Below, piece by piece: positions 12,670 through 25,847 of a stretch of DNA of 64,000 nt (position 1 is the first letter of the stretch; every line of letters starts with the position of its first letter). The stretch lies in the NCBI RefSeq assembly GCF_006345805.1, contig NC_043011.1:30206464-30270463 (forward strand), read 5' to 3'. Origin of the DNA: Octopus sinensis. Taxonomy: Eukaryota. The notes below the pieces were generated by a model. The model worked only from the letters and a program-made list of their open reading frames with translations. It had not been told where the DNA came from and did no database searches. The position numbers and the translations under genes are program-made.

Positions 12670-13231
12670 CTGCTCCATCGGTCATGACTGACTATGGGAG
12701 TGCACCTAGAAAGTTACCCTCCATGGCACAAGTCTTGGCAAAGTTGTTTATGGAAGACCAGCAGTCACCTATGCATACCAGTCTCCCCTCTCTATGCCAG
12801 TGATGGTATCTAAGGGAAAGGGGTGGTGAGCTGGCAGAGTCGTTTGCACGCTAGGCGAAATGCTTCGCGCTATTTCGTCTGGCGTTACATTCTGAGTTCA
12901 AATTCCGCCAAGGTCGACTTTGCCTTTCATCCTTTCGGGGTCGATAAATTAAGTACCAGTTACTCACTTAATCCGTTTGTCTGTCCTTGTCTGTCCCCTC
13001 TGCGTTTGGCCCCTTGTGGGTAGTAAAGAAATAGGTATCTAAGGGAAAGGCAAAGGGGCCGATACACCTTGGCACCAGTGATGTCACAACTCATTTCTAC
13101 AGCTGAGTAAACTGGAACAACGTGAAATAAAGTGTCTTGCTCAAGAACACAACACACAGCCCAGTCCAGTAATCAAACTCACTACCTCATGATTGTGAGC
13201 TCAATGCTCTAACCACTGAGCCATGCGCCTT
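12670..13231 (-). mobile_element. SINE family C (tRNA head, RTE-like tail) interrupted by SINE B
   Basis: Reverse complement of the 51829-52150 copy. Confidence 0.85.
12822..13033 (+). mobile_element. Young SINE family B with 17-bp TSD
   Basis: ggtatctaagggaaagg at 12805-12821 and 13034-13050. Confidence 0.92.
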
Positions 13232-13432
13232 TACATAATATAACTTTACTTTTACTAAGACAGTAAGATATGCTCAGAAAAAGTGAGACATGGCTGCTAT
13301 TTCTAATGGCTCAAGCATCCATGTAGAGTAACTCCTTCGTTGGTCCATGTCTCATGTGTTCAATCAACTAATGGTGGTGATAGTGTGCAGGTGTGCACAC
13401 GTGTATATGTGTGCATGTGTGTATATGTGTGT

Positions 13433-13495
<63 letters not shown>

Positions 13496-14949
13496 CACAT
13501 GTTGGTGTTGTCAGTCAAGTCATGTTAGTCCATGAATCATATTTAATCTAATTTCATTATGTTATCAAACTCACTGCATCAAATCTATTGATTAACCTTA
13601 AAACCTGTAGATTATAGATTTTCCAGCAATATTTCTTCTTTCTTTTTTGTTTTCTTTTTTGTCTTCCTAATGCATTGTCAGATATATATATATATATATA
13701 CATATACACACACACATGTGTGTGTGTGTCTGTTCTTTGGGACAGATACACAAATAAAGTATCATAGAAAAGCACATGCATTTACATACACACAGATACA
13801 CAAAGTAATACATAGGTACATACAGAATGAAATATATATATACCTGTATACACAAACACATATCTATATAACAAAGCAAATATCAATGAAAATACACATA
13901 CCCACTGTATATTTATATATACGCATGTGACCTACATATACATACATGTATGTACATGTGTGTGTGTTTATGTGTGATGTGTGTGTGTGTATGTATATAT
14001 ATATATGTATATATATATATGTATATGGCAAACACACCCTTAACAATGAATACTCATATTTTTACACAAACATACACACACACACATGTCTTCTCTGTCT
14101 TTTCTCTCTATCTTACATATACTCTCAACCAGAGGATAATTTTATCAAGTGATAAAATACCAACAATGGAAATAAAATTATAAAGCTAAAATCTAAAACG
14201 GACACTAACACACTAGATGTATTGAATCAAAAATATCTAAAATTAAATTACACTCATAGTAATGACAAAAAAAAAATCATTATTTTCATGATTAACTCTG
14301 ATCAAAAATAGCAAGGGAGACAAACCAGGAATTCAAATTAAAATTTAATATGAAATTCAGTGGGGAATAAGTCAGGTATTTGACAGCATGGTGACAACTG
14401 TGAAGATGGTTTGGTCTTATTAGTACAGTTTCAGTTCCTCCTGAACTCTTGAGCATATTGGGCAGTAAGCTGATGCTACTAGTTTCTGTTGTCTGTAGTT
14501 TTCTCTACATTTACCCATGTGATATTGGCCTCCCTCAAGTCGGTTACAGATATCTTGTACCTCTTACTTTTTGGTCTACTTCTGTTTCTTTTTTTTTTTT
14601 TTTCACTCTCTGGCTGGGCCCATTCGAAAGCTGTTTTAGAATGGCATTGTTCTAGTAACCAGAGTATATGTCGCAGTAGGTGCAGGAGTGGCTGTGTGGT
14701 AAGTAGCTTATCATGGATGTATAAACACCCTCGGGCAAGCTGCATGGCATGAGTACACTTGCTCATACAAGCATCCACAAAAATGTGAGCACACGCACAT
14801 GAGAGGTTTGGTGCACTCACAATCACAAAGCAAGTTAGCTATCTACTTTGTGCTTGTAAGAATGGGGAGGTTTAAAGTAAACATAAGTCATCCATACCTT
14901 AAGGTAAATTAAATTATGTTAACAGTTACTCAAAATTTATTCCTGCTGC

Positions 14950-16650
14950 ATTGTGTTTAAGTACATTTATATGCATGTAAGCATCTCAAGAATTGTTCAG
15001 AAATTCTACTAATGATCTTCTCATTAGTCCACAGAATAGACAGGTATTTCTCAGAGCAGAGGCAGCATCTCCTGGAAATTATATTGTATGGTTTATATTG
15101 TATGTGCCTTACTATGGGCCAAGTTATGCTGTACTTCATTTTATCCTCCTTAAGTCACCATACAAAATCTGCCAAAGATGTTGAATGTCTCTTATTGATT
15201 GTCTTGAAGCCGATAGCATGGTTATAATAATGATTCTTAAATGAATCAGCCATCTACCTAATGTAAACATACGGCCCTCCCCTTGTGTGCACAGTACATT
15301 TATACACAAGATTTGTACTAATACAGAGATTCATCAAACAACATTTTGATTTTTTTCTGCATGAGCATTTATTTGTGTATAAGGCAGTCCTGACTCCATT
15401 TACCAACGTTGTTACTGTGTTATCTGTATCATAATTATTTCTACTACTACAATTTGGTTGTAGTTATTGTTTATCATTGTGGTTTACATCTCCTTGGTCC
15501 AGTAGGTGGGTTATTGAACCTTTGCCACATTTTGCTATTGTTTATGCGATGTATAAGCTGCTCTAAATTAGCAGAGTTGGTGTAGGATACCTTCATGGTG
15601 TGCTTATTAAAAATGATACCAATTAGATTTAGGAAAACATTGTTCCAAAGCAGCAAAAAATTTTCCAGTGATCTTTGGTTGAAACATGCAAACTGAAAAT
15701 CAGATTGAACCAGAGAACATCCTGATTCTTATATCTGTTGTTAGGCTTATTTGATCGAGTTTGTTGCACAGGATTGGAACAAGCAGCTGGATTATTATGT
15801 GCGTCTATGAGTTTTTGTTGGTAGTTCATTGATATGACCAATTCTTCCTGGCTTGTATTCTTTTTCTGAGTGAGCTCTCAAACTCTGACATTGTGGTGTA
15901 CAATGTGTATTACAATTGGAGGAATTGCCAATGTTGTGTATTCCTGCTTCTTGTATATATTGAATTTTTTTCATGGTACCCAACTAGAGCAACATTATAA
16001 TAAGTTGCATGAGATTTGATAATTTTATTATTAACAGATAATCTAGAAATTCTTGTAGAAAAATTCTTAACTAAACCCCGTATGGATGGTTGGATGCTCT
16101 GTTAATGTACTTAATATGATCATTTGGCTCATGAAATGGTTCAAATAATTCAGTATCAAGATAGAAGCTAGTATCAAGAAAATTCATAAATCTTTACCCA
16201 TAGTAGTGTTTAGTCCTAAATTTTTAAAAAGTCTAGAGAAATTTTTCCTTTCTAACTGTACTTTTCTACTTCTGTCCAGAAAAAAATAAGGCAGCATCCC
16301 TATATAGATCCCAGGTTACTTCTGGAAAGGAAAACTGGATTAATGAAAGTATGTATATTCTGACTAGGTTTGTGATCTGAGCAGAATCATATGAGCCCAT
16401 TGCTATATCAAATGCATTCTCCCTATCTAATCTATTCCATAATCTATCTTTAAAATCTACTAGAGTGGCTCATGCGGCAAGTATAATATCTATTTCCCAT
16501 TGGGACAAATTGCCCATTTTTCATGCTATAAATCAGGGCTGGATTAAGAATGATCAGCTAAATAGTGGCATAATAGGTTTCTATGTCGAGTCGCAAGAAT
16601 TTACTGTTCTTACTAGTTTCTAGAAGCTTAAACCATCCAATCCCAGAAGA
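14950..16650 (-). mobile_element. Decayed Penelope-like element: RT plus C-terminal endonuclease-like domain
   Basis: Minus-strand motifs in order: LDIE, FDIAMGSYDSAQ, LYRDAAL (YRDD-like), YINRASNHP, WFN, IFNKHTMKVSY, ITW...PY...CCLCSEK...SE...CLH; many stops and frameshifts. Confidence 0.85.
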
Positions 16651-17013
16651 TATATATGCATAAATATATATATTCAATAATCTAAGCCTGAAAAAGATGA
16701 GCTTCTGCTAGGAGTCCAGGAAACTTTAAGCCACATGGAGCCAAATCATACTGTTTTAGATAATACATGTAACTCCTACTCAATGTGTTGAGTGCTCTTT
16801 TCTTTCATTTGTCCACTCACTTGTGTGTGTGTGTGTGTGTACCCTTGGGTTATCTATTCAAAGGAACATGAGAATATGGTAATAAAATTTAGACTAAAGA
16901 ACTCAAATTAATAGAACTGTGTGTGTCAACACACCTTAATAAAACAGTAAGTTTAACAAAAGGCATTTGCTCAGAACAAAGAACCATAAGATGGTTTATA
17001 AATAGTGTGTGCG

Positions 17014-17055
<42 letters not shown>

Positions 17056-17149
17056 GGAGATATAATATATATATATATATATAATACATATATATAATAT
17101 ATATATAATATAGAGATATAATATATATATATATATATATATATAAATA

Positions 17150-17450
17150 ATAAATATTAGGGAATAAATCCAAATTTACAGGGAAAAAATCAGATTTAGG
17201 ATTAAATCCAATTTTATAGTAAAATATTATAAAATATTATTAGAGACAAAACCACTATTTTGCAAAACAAACAAGGAAAGACTTAATCAATACATAAAAT
17301 TTTAATAAATAGTCAAAAAACCGCCACTACAATTGTTTCTTGTCTTGATCGACAATCTTCAGGTGGACTTCCAATCTAAAATATCAATATTTTAAAATAT
17401 AAAAATAATAATTTTAAAATAATTAAAGTATGAATGAAAAAATATAAATA
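17150..17450 (-). mobile_element. PLE pLTR fragment between (TA)n tracts
   Basis: Contains an intact hammerhead; related sequence at 25220-25285. Confidence 0.65.
17324..17366 (-). ncRNA. Type I hammerhead ribozyme with complete core
   Basis: CCAC-CUGAAGA-UUGUC gaucaa GACAA-GAAAC aauu GUA^-GUGG; all three stems pair. Confidence 0.85.
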
Positions 17451-17504
17451 TATAATCCATATATAACCTATAATATATATATATAATATATATATAATAT
17501 AGAG

Positions 17505-17563
<59 letters not shown>

Positions 17564-17830
17564 AGAGAAGGAGAGAGAGTCATCCATTCAATGATACATA
17601 TATATATATGAAGAAACAGAGTGAAGAGAGACAGAGAGAAAGAGAGAGAGAAATAAAGAAAGAGAGTAAGAGAAAGAAAGTGGAAGAAAGAGATAAATAT
17701 ATTGATGGTAATCCAAAATAAAATAAGTCACTTTGTATCTTAACTCTTCTGCCTTGTTCATCCAACTGCTAATTTACATTCAGTAGTTAATAATAAATTT
17801 TTTCAACGAAACAATCTTGTTTCCTCTCAG

Positions 17831-17971
17831 CTGGAACAAGACTGATGCGTTGGAAGCCAGCTCTAAACAGCCAACGGCACCCACCAACACGGCTGGCACC
17901 ATTACCACCAACTTCAACACTGCCACCCACGCCACTACCACACACACACACGCACACACACGCACACACAC

Positions 17972-18009
<38 letters not shown>

Positions 18010-18020
18010 ACACTTTCTAA
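17831..18020 (+). CDS. Candidate exon (S)WNKTDALEASSKQPTAPTNTAGTITTNFNTATHATT... running into (CA)n
   Basis: Acceptor tcttgtttcctctcag, GC-richer unique sequence, phase-2 frame open; weakened by the microsatellite before the stop. Confidence 0.22.
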
Positions 18021-18394
18021 CTTTCTGTTCTTAAGGGAATTTCAAAACCAGTGAATATCGATTGGTTATCAACTACATTTGTAAGAATGTGGCCTGCAGG
18101 TAGATACAACTATTCACACAGTGCAACAAAGACTATATGTATCTCCCAAGAACCCCCTTCTTGTAATTTCAGTCAGTTTTCCAGTGGGAGGATAATTTGA
18201 ACAGGCAAGAAATACTAAAAGAAAATTAGTTCTAAAAACAGAAAAAAAATAATAACAAATAAATCAAAGATGTCAGAGGTTCATGAAAATATGATCTGCA
18301 ATAATAGATTGCTCTGTGTGGGGGCTATAAACTTTCATTATTATTATTGTTATTATAAGAAACCATTATTATTATTATTATCATTATTATTTAG

Positions 18395-18608
18395 ATGGTG
18401 AGCTGACAGAATTGTTAGCATGCTGGATGAAATGCTTAGTGGTATTTTGTCTGTCGCTACATTCTGAGTTCAAATTCTGCCAAGGTCGACTTAGCCTTCC
18501 ATTCTTTCAGGGGTCGATAAATTAAGTACCAGTGAAACACAGGGGTCGATGTAATTGACTAGTCTCCAACCCCCAAATTTTAGGCTTTGTGCCTATAGTA
18601 GAAAGGAT
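18395..18608 (+). mobile_element. SINE family B variant followed by (ATT)n
   Basis: Family match. Confidence 0.8.
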
Positions 18609-18673
18609 TATTATTATCATTATTATTATTATTATTATTATTATATTATTATTATTATTATTATTATTATTAT

Positions 18674-19430
18674 GCCATCAAAGTGACACTGGGGTAAAAT
18701 ATACGAAGCCCTGTATACTCATCATGACTACCCATCTGATAAGGGTACACTAGGCACATGCATCACAACCATATGTACGCGACATGGTGATCTCATATCA
18801 AGATAAACAGTACATGACCTTGCAGGTGGGGCCCACTTAGAATTTTCTTCAGGTGGAGTAACCCATCCAACTCAAAAGGTCCCTGAATAAGGATTGTTTA
18901 AGGATGTTGAATGAAACACCCTTAAACAATCCTTATTCTGGGACCTATTATTATTATCACTGAGTGAGAGAGCAGTGCATGCTATAAAAGTGACACTGGA
19001 GTAAAATATACGAAGCCCAGTATACCCATCATGACTCCCTGTCAGATAAGGGTGCACCAGGCACATGCATCACAACCATATGTGCACGACATGATTTCAT
19101 ATCAAAATAAATAGCACATGACCTTGCAAGTGGGGCCCAGTTAGAATTTTCTTCAGGTCCAGTAGCCCATCCTGCTCAAAATGTCCCCGAATAAGAATAG
19201 TTTAAGGATGTTGAACGAACCACCCATGTTTCCAGAGGTGAATTATTCAAACCCCAAGAATCCTTCTCAACACATGGCTATGATGCTCCCCAACTACTTC
19301 TGCTTGTGATCAGAGATGCACATATCATCAGCCATTAAGGGACATGCTCAACTGGTTAAGGTCAAACAACTGACAAGCAAATGTGTGGCATTGAGCAGAA
19401 TATTTGCTGTAGCCCATCTTTTATTTTTAT
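18674..19430 (+). mobile_element. Tandem pair of an unclassified retroposon embedded in (ATT)n; first copy ends in a short inversion
   Basis: 18674-18946 duplicates 18980-19225; other copies at 32555-32745 (+) and 61655-61983 (-). Confidence 0.7.
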
Positions 19431-19439
19431 TAATTATTA

Positions 19440-19492
<53 letters not shown>

Positions 19493-19789
19493 ATTATTAT
19501 TATTATTATTATTATTATCATTATTATTACTAAGGTGGTGAGCTGGCAGAATTGTTAGCATGCCAGGTGAAATGCTTAGCAGTATGTCGTCTGTCTTTAT
19601 GTTCTGGGTTTAAATTCCACTGAGGTTGACTTATGAAACTAAATAAATAGTTGATTACAAAAGCTCTGTACTTAATCTTGCCTAGACAGGAGAAAATAAA
19701 CACATCAGATTCTAATCATCCAACTATAACAACATATCCAGGCTGAGTAGGAATCCTGAAAAATGATTATTAAATAAGGTTGTATCAAA

Positions 19790-20460
19790 AGGTTCTCAGA
19801 CTAGTTCTGTAGTGCACCAACAAATGGTAGCACACAGTTTTATGTACAGTGAGAGCAAGCAGTAACCTTCATGAAGCAGTGTGCTGAGGGACATAGCTGT
19901 GTTTACTTCGCATGTTGGGAAATTTGTGCTTTTTGTGATCACACGTATGCTATAGTCTGCGATTTTGTCATAGGAACAAAAAGCCAACACGAAAGTTTGT
20001 GTTAAACTTGGGAAGTCTGTCTGCTACAGAGACATTAAGCATGCTTTGGCAAGCTTACAGCAACAAGGTAAAGGGTTGTACACAAGGTGGCGAGCTGGCA
20101 GAAGCGTTAGCACGTCGGGCGAAATGCTTTGCGGTATTTAGTCTGCCATTACGTTCTGAGTTCAAATTCCGCCGAGGTCGACTTTGCCTTTCATCTTTTT
20201 GGGGTCGATAAATTAAGTACCAGTTACGCACTGGGGTCGATGTAATCGACTTAATATTTATGTCTGTCCTTGTTTGTCCCCTCTATGTTTAGCCCCTTGT
20301 GGGTAATAATGAAATAGGTTGTACACTATGTTTCGAGCGGCATGGGTTCTTCAAAGGTGGAAGAACATCCCTCCAAGACAATGAGTGAGCTGGAAGATCT
20401 GCCATGAGTGTCACTCTCAGAAATGTGGTATTGTGCATTGAGAATTCATACCCAAGAGCC
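19790..20460 (+). mobile_element. Decayed mariner transposase 5' part, split by SINE B
   Basis: EQKANTKVCVKLGKS..TETLSMLWQAY...FKGGRTSLQDNE*AGRS (HTH region). Confidence 0.75.
20084..20316 (+). mobile_element. SINE family B with 10-bp TSD
   Basis: ggttgtacac at 20074-20083 and 20317-20326. Confidence 0.92.
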
Positions 20461-20977
20461 AGACCATCAGTTTTGAGTAAATGGCAAGAGAGTGTATGGA
20501 GCTAGGCAGCAAGTTGCCACATACTGAAGGTTGATGCTAAAAAACAAGCCTTTATATAACTCTTGAACTGAGACATTCTTGAAGGATCTAGAATAATCTA
20601 TCACATGAAATCTGGCTGCTGATTGCTCAATAACTCAGCCTCTCACGTGAACATGATGTTTCTATGCCATGACTTAAACTTCATAATTTGACAACTTAGT
20701 TTCAAATCTTGCTAGAGGCCTTAAGCAGGCATTTTTTCCAGGTGATTCATGAGCCAGGCAGAGTTAAATGTTTTGTTGCTGTCAAGCACAATATCACTGT
20801 TTCCACCAAATTTCTGGAGAGTGAGGGCTTACTGGCAAGTGACATAGGAGAGGAATAGGTCTCCGGTAGATTTGGCTTCACTAAGTAGGGCATGTGATCA
20901 TTAACAGGAACAAGATATTCAAAGTGTTGGAGAATGTTGTTGTTAGTAGCTATCTCCATTGCCTTTGACATGTTAGA

Positions 20978-21203
20978 AGCAGGCAGAATCGTTAGCATGC
21001 CAGGCGAAATGCTTAGCAGTATTTCGTCTGTCTTTACATTCTGGGTTCAAATTCTGCTGAGGTCAACTTGGCCTTTCATCCTTTCAGGGTCAATAAATTA
21101 AGTACCAATTATGCACTAGGGTTCGATGTAATCAATTTAATCCCTTTGTCTGTCCTTGTTTGTCCCCTCTATGTTTAGTCCATTGTGGGCAATAAAGAAA
21201 TAA
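20978..21203 (+). mobile_element. SINE family B
   Basis: Family match. Confidence 0.88.
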
Positions 21204-21239
21204 GAAGTTAATATGGTAGACTGATGCTTGGCTGAATGA

Positions 21240-21770
21240 GTTTCACTTCACAGAAATGGGATACATTTATATAGTTTCCAAACATCCAGATTTATCATGA
21301 TGAAAAGTGAGGGATCTAAATGTTTGATGAGAAAAGGGGCTAACTCTAAGGCATAGTGCTTAAGAGTAATGGGAAGCACATTGTCAGGGCCATTGGCGTC
21401 TTTCACTTCAAACAGCTGGTGGTGCTTTCACTCATTTGGTGCATATGTATATGTAGTGACGAACCTGGTAAAGCAGAAACTGAAAGTTTGGGAAGGGATT
21501 TATGTAAAGAGTAGTGTGAAATTGGATGCAAAAGTGGCAGCAAATATGAAAGCAGTCTCAGCAGAAATACTGTTTATAGAGCCATGGCTGAGAAATTAAG
21601 TGTTTGAGAAATTTTGCAAAGGGGATAGAAACCTTTTGGCAAAGGCTCAATAGAGATCTTTTGGCAAGGGCTCAGTTTGGATGTGGGAGAAATTGTGGGC
21701 TATGTGGTACAATGATGCAGGTTTCATATTTTGGGTGATTATCTGGCAGAAGCTGTGAAGATGTATAAAA
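21240..21770 (-). mobile_element. Decayed CR1/Jockey-group LINE ORF2 fragment
   Basis: KDANGPDNVLPITLKHYALELAPFL resembles KA.GPD.IP...LK.CA.ELA..L at the RT N-terminus. Confidence 0.6.
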
Positions 21771-21772
21771 GC

Positions 21773-22219
21773 TCTCTTTACTCTTTTACTTGTTTCAGTC
21801 ATTTGACTGCGACCATGCTGGAGCACCACCTTTAGTTGAGCAAATCGACCCCAGGACGTATTCTTTGTAAGCTTAGTACTTATTCTAATGGTCTCTTTTG
21901 CTGAACTGTTAAGTTATGGGGACATAAACACACCACCATCGATTGTCAAGTGATGTTGGGTGCACAAACAACACAAGCATATACACACACATACACACAC
22001 AGACACAGACACAGACACACACACACACACACATATATGTATATACATACATATATACGACGGGCTTCTTTTAGTTTCCGTCTACCAAATCTACTCACAA
22101 GGCCTTGGTCAGCTCGAGGCTATAGCAGAAGACACTTGCCCAAAGTGCCACGCAGTGGGACTGAACCTAGGACCATATGGTTGGTAAGCAAGCTACTTAT
22201 CACACAGCCACTCCTGCAC
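21773..22219 (-). mobile_element. SINE family A, full length
   Basis: Family match. Confidence 0.92.
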
Positions 22220-22528
22220 TGTCCAGTTTTGTTGGAGCATGCGATTTGTTTCAAGAGTCATTAGCTGCATGCTTTTGCCTGAGCCATAGTAACATAATCA
22301 TGAATAAACTATTTTGAAATTTTAGTAGCTATGAGCTTTAGCTGTGTGTTGGATGTGAGGATGATTTAAATTACTTGTATAGCTTCCTGGGTTAGTTAGC
22401 ATAAAACCGTCTGAACTCTAACCAAGAAATTGATCTGAAAGTCCAAGAGATGGAGGAAAGCTTTGTGGAATGTAAGAGACCTAGTCAGTCAGGGGTGTAT
22501 GTTGAGAATAAAACTAATTCATATGGAG

Positions 22529-22722
22529 CAGTGTTTTACAATCAGGGTCCATATGATCCTTGAGGTTCCATGAGCGATAAATTGGTTATGATTCTACAAT
22601 ACGCAAAATATTCTAATTTTTTAATTCAGCTATGAATATATAACATGGAATGGTTATGAGGGTTCACCCAAGTAAAATAGCAATCAAAGGGTTCCATAGG
22701 CAAAAAATGGTTGAGAACCACT
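22529..22722. mobile_element. hAT (Charlie-like) MITE, deleted
   Basis: Ends cagtgtttt.caa / ttgagaaccact; related to 54987-55308. Confidence 0.65.
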
Positions 22723-22750
22723 TATATAAAAAGCTGAGAATTTTGGAATA

Positions 22751-23266
22751 CCGTAAATCCTCGAGTATAATCCGCATTTTTTCCCCAAAATTTAAAGGTC
22801 AAAATCCCTAGTGCATACTATATACGAGGTTAAAAATGAAAAGTATTTTCTAAGCAATATCCGAGTCTCTATTTGTTGTCTGGCAATGTTTATTCAGATG
22901 CATTTTGTGATGTCGGACACAAAAATACATTAAGCTAAGCCTGAAAGAAATGAAGTCATAAAAGAATCATCCATAACTTGCAGTAAGCAACATTTATTAA
23001 AATAAAAGTATTCAGAACACAGAATAACATGTAACATAAACAATTTGCAAACATATTTACATTCCCATATAACAGTTAAGAACATCACCATTATTGAATT
23101 ACGCATGCGCCGAAGTGTTTGTTCGACTAGGTGCTGCTGGCTTAATTACGCACGACTCAAGTTACAGTGCGTACTATACACAAGGTTTAGGTTTTTCAGA
23201 GGTACAGCCCCCTAAAAATCCCCTGCGTATTATACTCAAGGGCGGACTATACACAAGGATTTACAG
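22751..23266. mobile_element. Tc1/mariner-superfamily (Tc2/pogo-like) MITE
   Basis: TIRs ccgtaaatcctcgagtataatccgc / gcggactatacacaaggatttacag, flanked by TA. Confidence 0.85.
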
Positions 23267-24090
23267 TAGGTAGAATCTATTATATACCACTCTAGGTATT
23301 TGATTGGTTCTTATTTTACAGACTTCTGCAATGAGGAAAGTAAATCTTGGTCTGATTTGAACTAAGAACCTAATTTTAAAAGTCTAATGTTTACAAGATA
23401 AATCTCATCACAATACATTTTCATTATTGATTATTATTGAAGTTGTGTAAACAAAAAGTGTGTAGGTTATTTGATCTACTCCAAGATCCGGTATAAGAAC
23501 TTTGTATTATTTATGCCCCCCAGCATTCAACAAAACTATAGTGACTGCGTTTTACAAATATTAGGATAATAGCTTTGTTATTTGAACACAGAGTAAACAG
23601 AATAATTAATCAATTATTCAAGCAGCTTACATTTCTTGAATCAAATCCTAAACCATCTGACCAACAGTCAATCTTTATCTCAGTGGCGCTTTACCAAAAC
23701 TAACATATAAAAACCATCAGCCATCATTGTTTTAACAACTACTTTCCCATGTTTGCGAGGATCAGGTAAGAATATGATAAACCAGAGTTATCTATGGTCA
23801 GATGCCCTTCCTGTCACCAACCCCCACTTATTTTCAAATGAGGAAATTAATTTCCCAATTTATGGAACAATCAATAGCCTGGACATGTTTACACAGAGAA
23901 CTGGAAACAAATGATACATTATAAACGAGCTTTTTGTTGACAAAGATTGTGCAACATATCAGGACATGTCACAAAGCCCAGATGTGCTTTCGAGGAAGAC
24001 TGCAAGCAAACAACATCACCAGCAAAGCTACTGTTTGCAATCAGCAAACATATGAGAAGACAATGTAATATACGAGTTCTCACTCACTCA

Positions 24091-24125
<35 letters not shown>

Positions 24126-24503
24126 TACAATCCTGCACCAAGGCTGCTGAAGCATATCATAGAGGCACATCTATTTCAAGTAGATAATAGATTATGTTAC
24201 TTTTTCTGGTGCTTTCTATGTACTTTTGGTTTTCTCTTGTATCATACCATATATTCTATATTTTGTAGAACGATACACTAAGGAGCTTTTTTCATGAGTA
24301 CCACTAGATTAGCTGAATCCATATATTGTGATTTATATATATATATATACACACACACATACTTATATATATATATACATATAAACGTACATGCATATGT
24401 ATAAATATATACATACTTATACATACACACATGCACTCACACACACACACACATATATATATTTATACATATACACTTATACATATATATGCATATATAT
24501 CTA

Positions 24504-24537
<34 letters not shown>

Positions 24538-24538
<1 letters not shown>

Positions 24539-24868
24539 CCGTGCCGGTGGCACGTAAAAAGTACCATCCGAATCGTGGCCGATGCCAGTGCCGTCTCGAC
24601 TGGCTTCCGTGCCGGTGGCACGTAAAATGCACCAATCTGACCGTGGCCGTTGCCAGCCTCGCCTGGCACCTGTGCAGGTGGCACGTAAAAAGCATCCACT
24701 ACACTCACGGAGTGGATGGCATTAGGAAGGGCATCCAGCTGTAGAAACATTGCCAGATAAGACTGGAGCCTGGTGCAGCCTTCTGGCTTCCCAGATCCCC
24801 GGTCGAACCATCCAACCCATGCTAGCATGGAGAACGGACGTTAAACGATGATGATGATGATGATGATA
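24538..24868 (+). mobile_element. 5'-truncated RTE 3' UTR with internal tandem units and (GAT)n tail
   Basis: Homologous to 27860-28253; inserted in (TA)n. Confidence 0.9.
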
Positions 24869-24875
24869 TATATCA

Positions 24876-25198
24876 ATTAGAAAAAAAAACACCTTTTATC
24901 AATTCAATAATGAAAAATTAAATCATACCATTTAGAAAAATTACATATTATAGAAAGATTAAATATAAGAAAAAACATATAGCAATGATTAAGTAATGTG
25001 CAAAATAGTAAATAAATAAAACGTATATATTTAGTATACCAAATATATAGGTTTTATTTATTTATTATTTTGCACATTACTTAATCATTGTTATATGTTT
25101 TATCATATATTTAATCTTTCTATATGTAATTTTTCAAAATGGTATAATTCAATTTTTCATTATTGAATTGATAACAGGTGGTTGGTTTTCTTCTAATT
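24876..25198. repeat. Long AT-rich fold-back palindrome (arms about 160 bp)
   Basis: Arms are near reverse complements around atatatttagtataccaaatatat near 25036. Confidence 0.9.
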
Positions 25199-25285
25199 TA
25201 TATATATATTATATTTTGTGAAATTTGATTTAGTATTTCTAAATTGAATTTTTCCCTGTAAGTTTGGAATAATATTCCTTCATAT

Positions 25286-25352
<67 letters not shown>

Positions 25353-25374
25353 TGTGTGTGTGTACATAAACAAT

Positions 25375-25847
25375 ATGAAGGTTATCCAAAAGTAAATGGA
25401 AATGTTCTCTGTGGGACAAGCCCATGTAGTTCAGGCTTCTACCACTAGAAGTCACTTGATACAACCCTCAGGCATCAGTCTGCTGACTGGCAGCATTGTG
25501 TGAGATTGTACTGCCACGTGGTACATCTTTGTTTGCCACTACTTCTCCGTTGTTCATCAATTTTTGCAATGGCTGAAAGGAAAGGACAATGTACGTCCAT
25601 GGAATTCTGTTTTCAGCTGGGTAAAACAACAGCCGAAACAATTGTCATGCTTCAAACAGTTTATAAGGATGCTGCCATGAGCAAAACACAAGTTTACGAG
25701 CAGTTTTCATGTTATAGGAATGGTCACTTGTTATTTGATGACCAACCTTGTTTAGAGAAACTGTTGATCTCCCAAATGAATGAAAACGCCAGGAAAATTC
25801 ATGAATTGTTCTTGGAAGACTGTTGCCAAACAATTGAAAATACTTGA
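25375..25847 (+). mobile_element. Mariner left end plus transposase N-terminal pseudogene
   Basis: FCFQLGKTTAETIVMLQTVYKDAAMSKTQVYEQF..YRNG...DDQP. Confidence 0.85.

Noticed and set aside
18036-18200. Further acceptor-like sites (18036, 14132, 34415, 54297)
   Set aside because: Phases are inconsistent or frames run into microsatellites; they show how easily such candidates arise by chance
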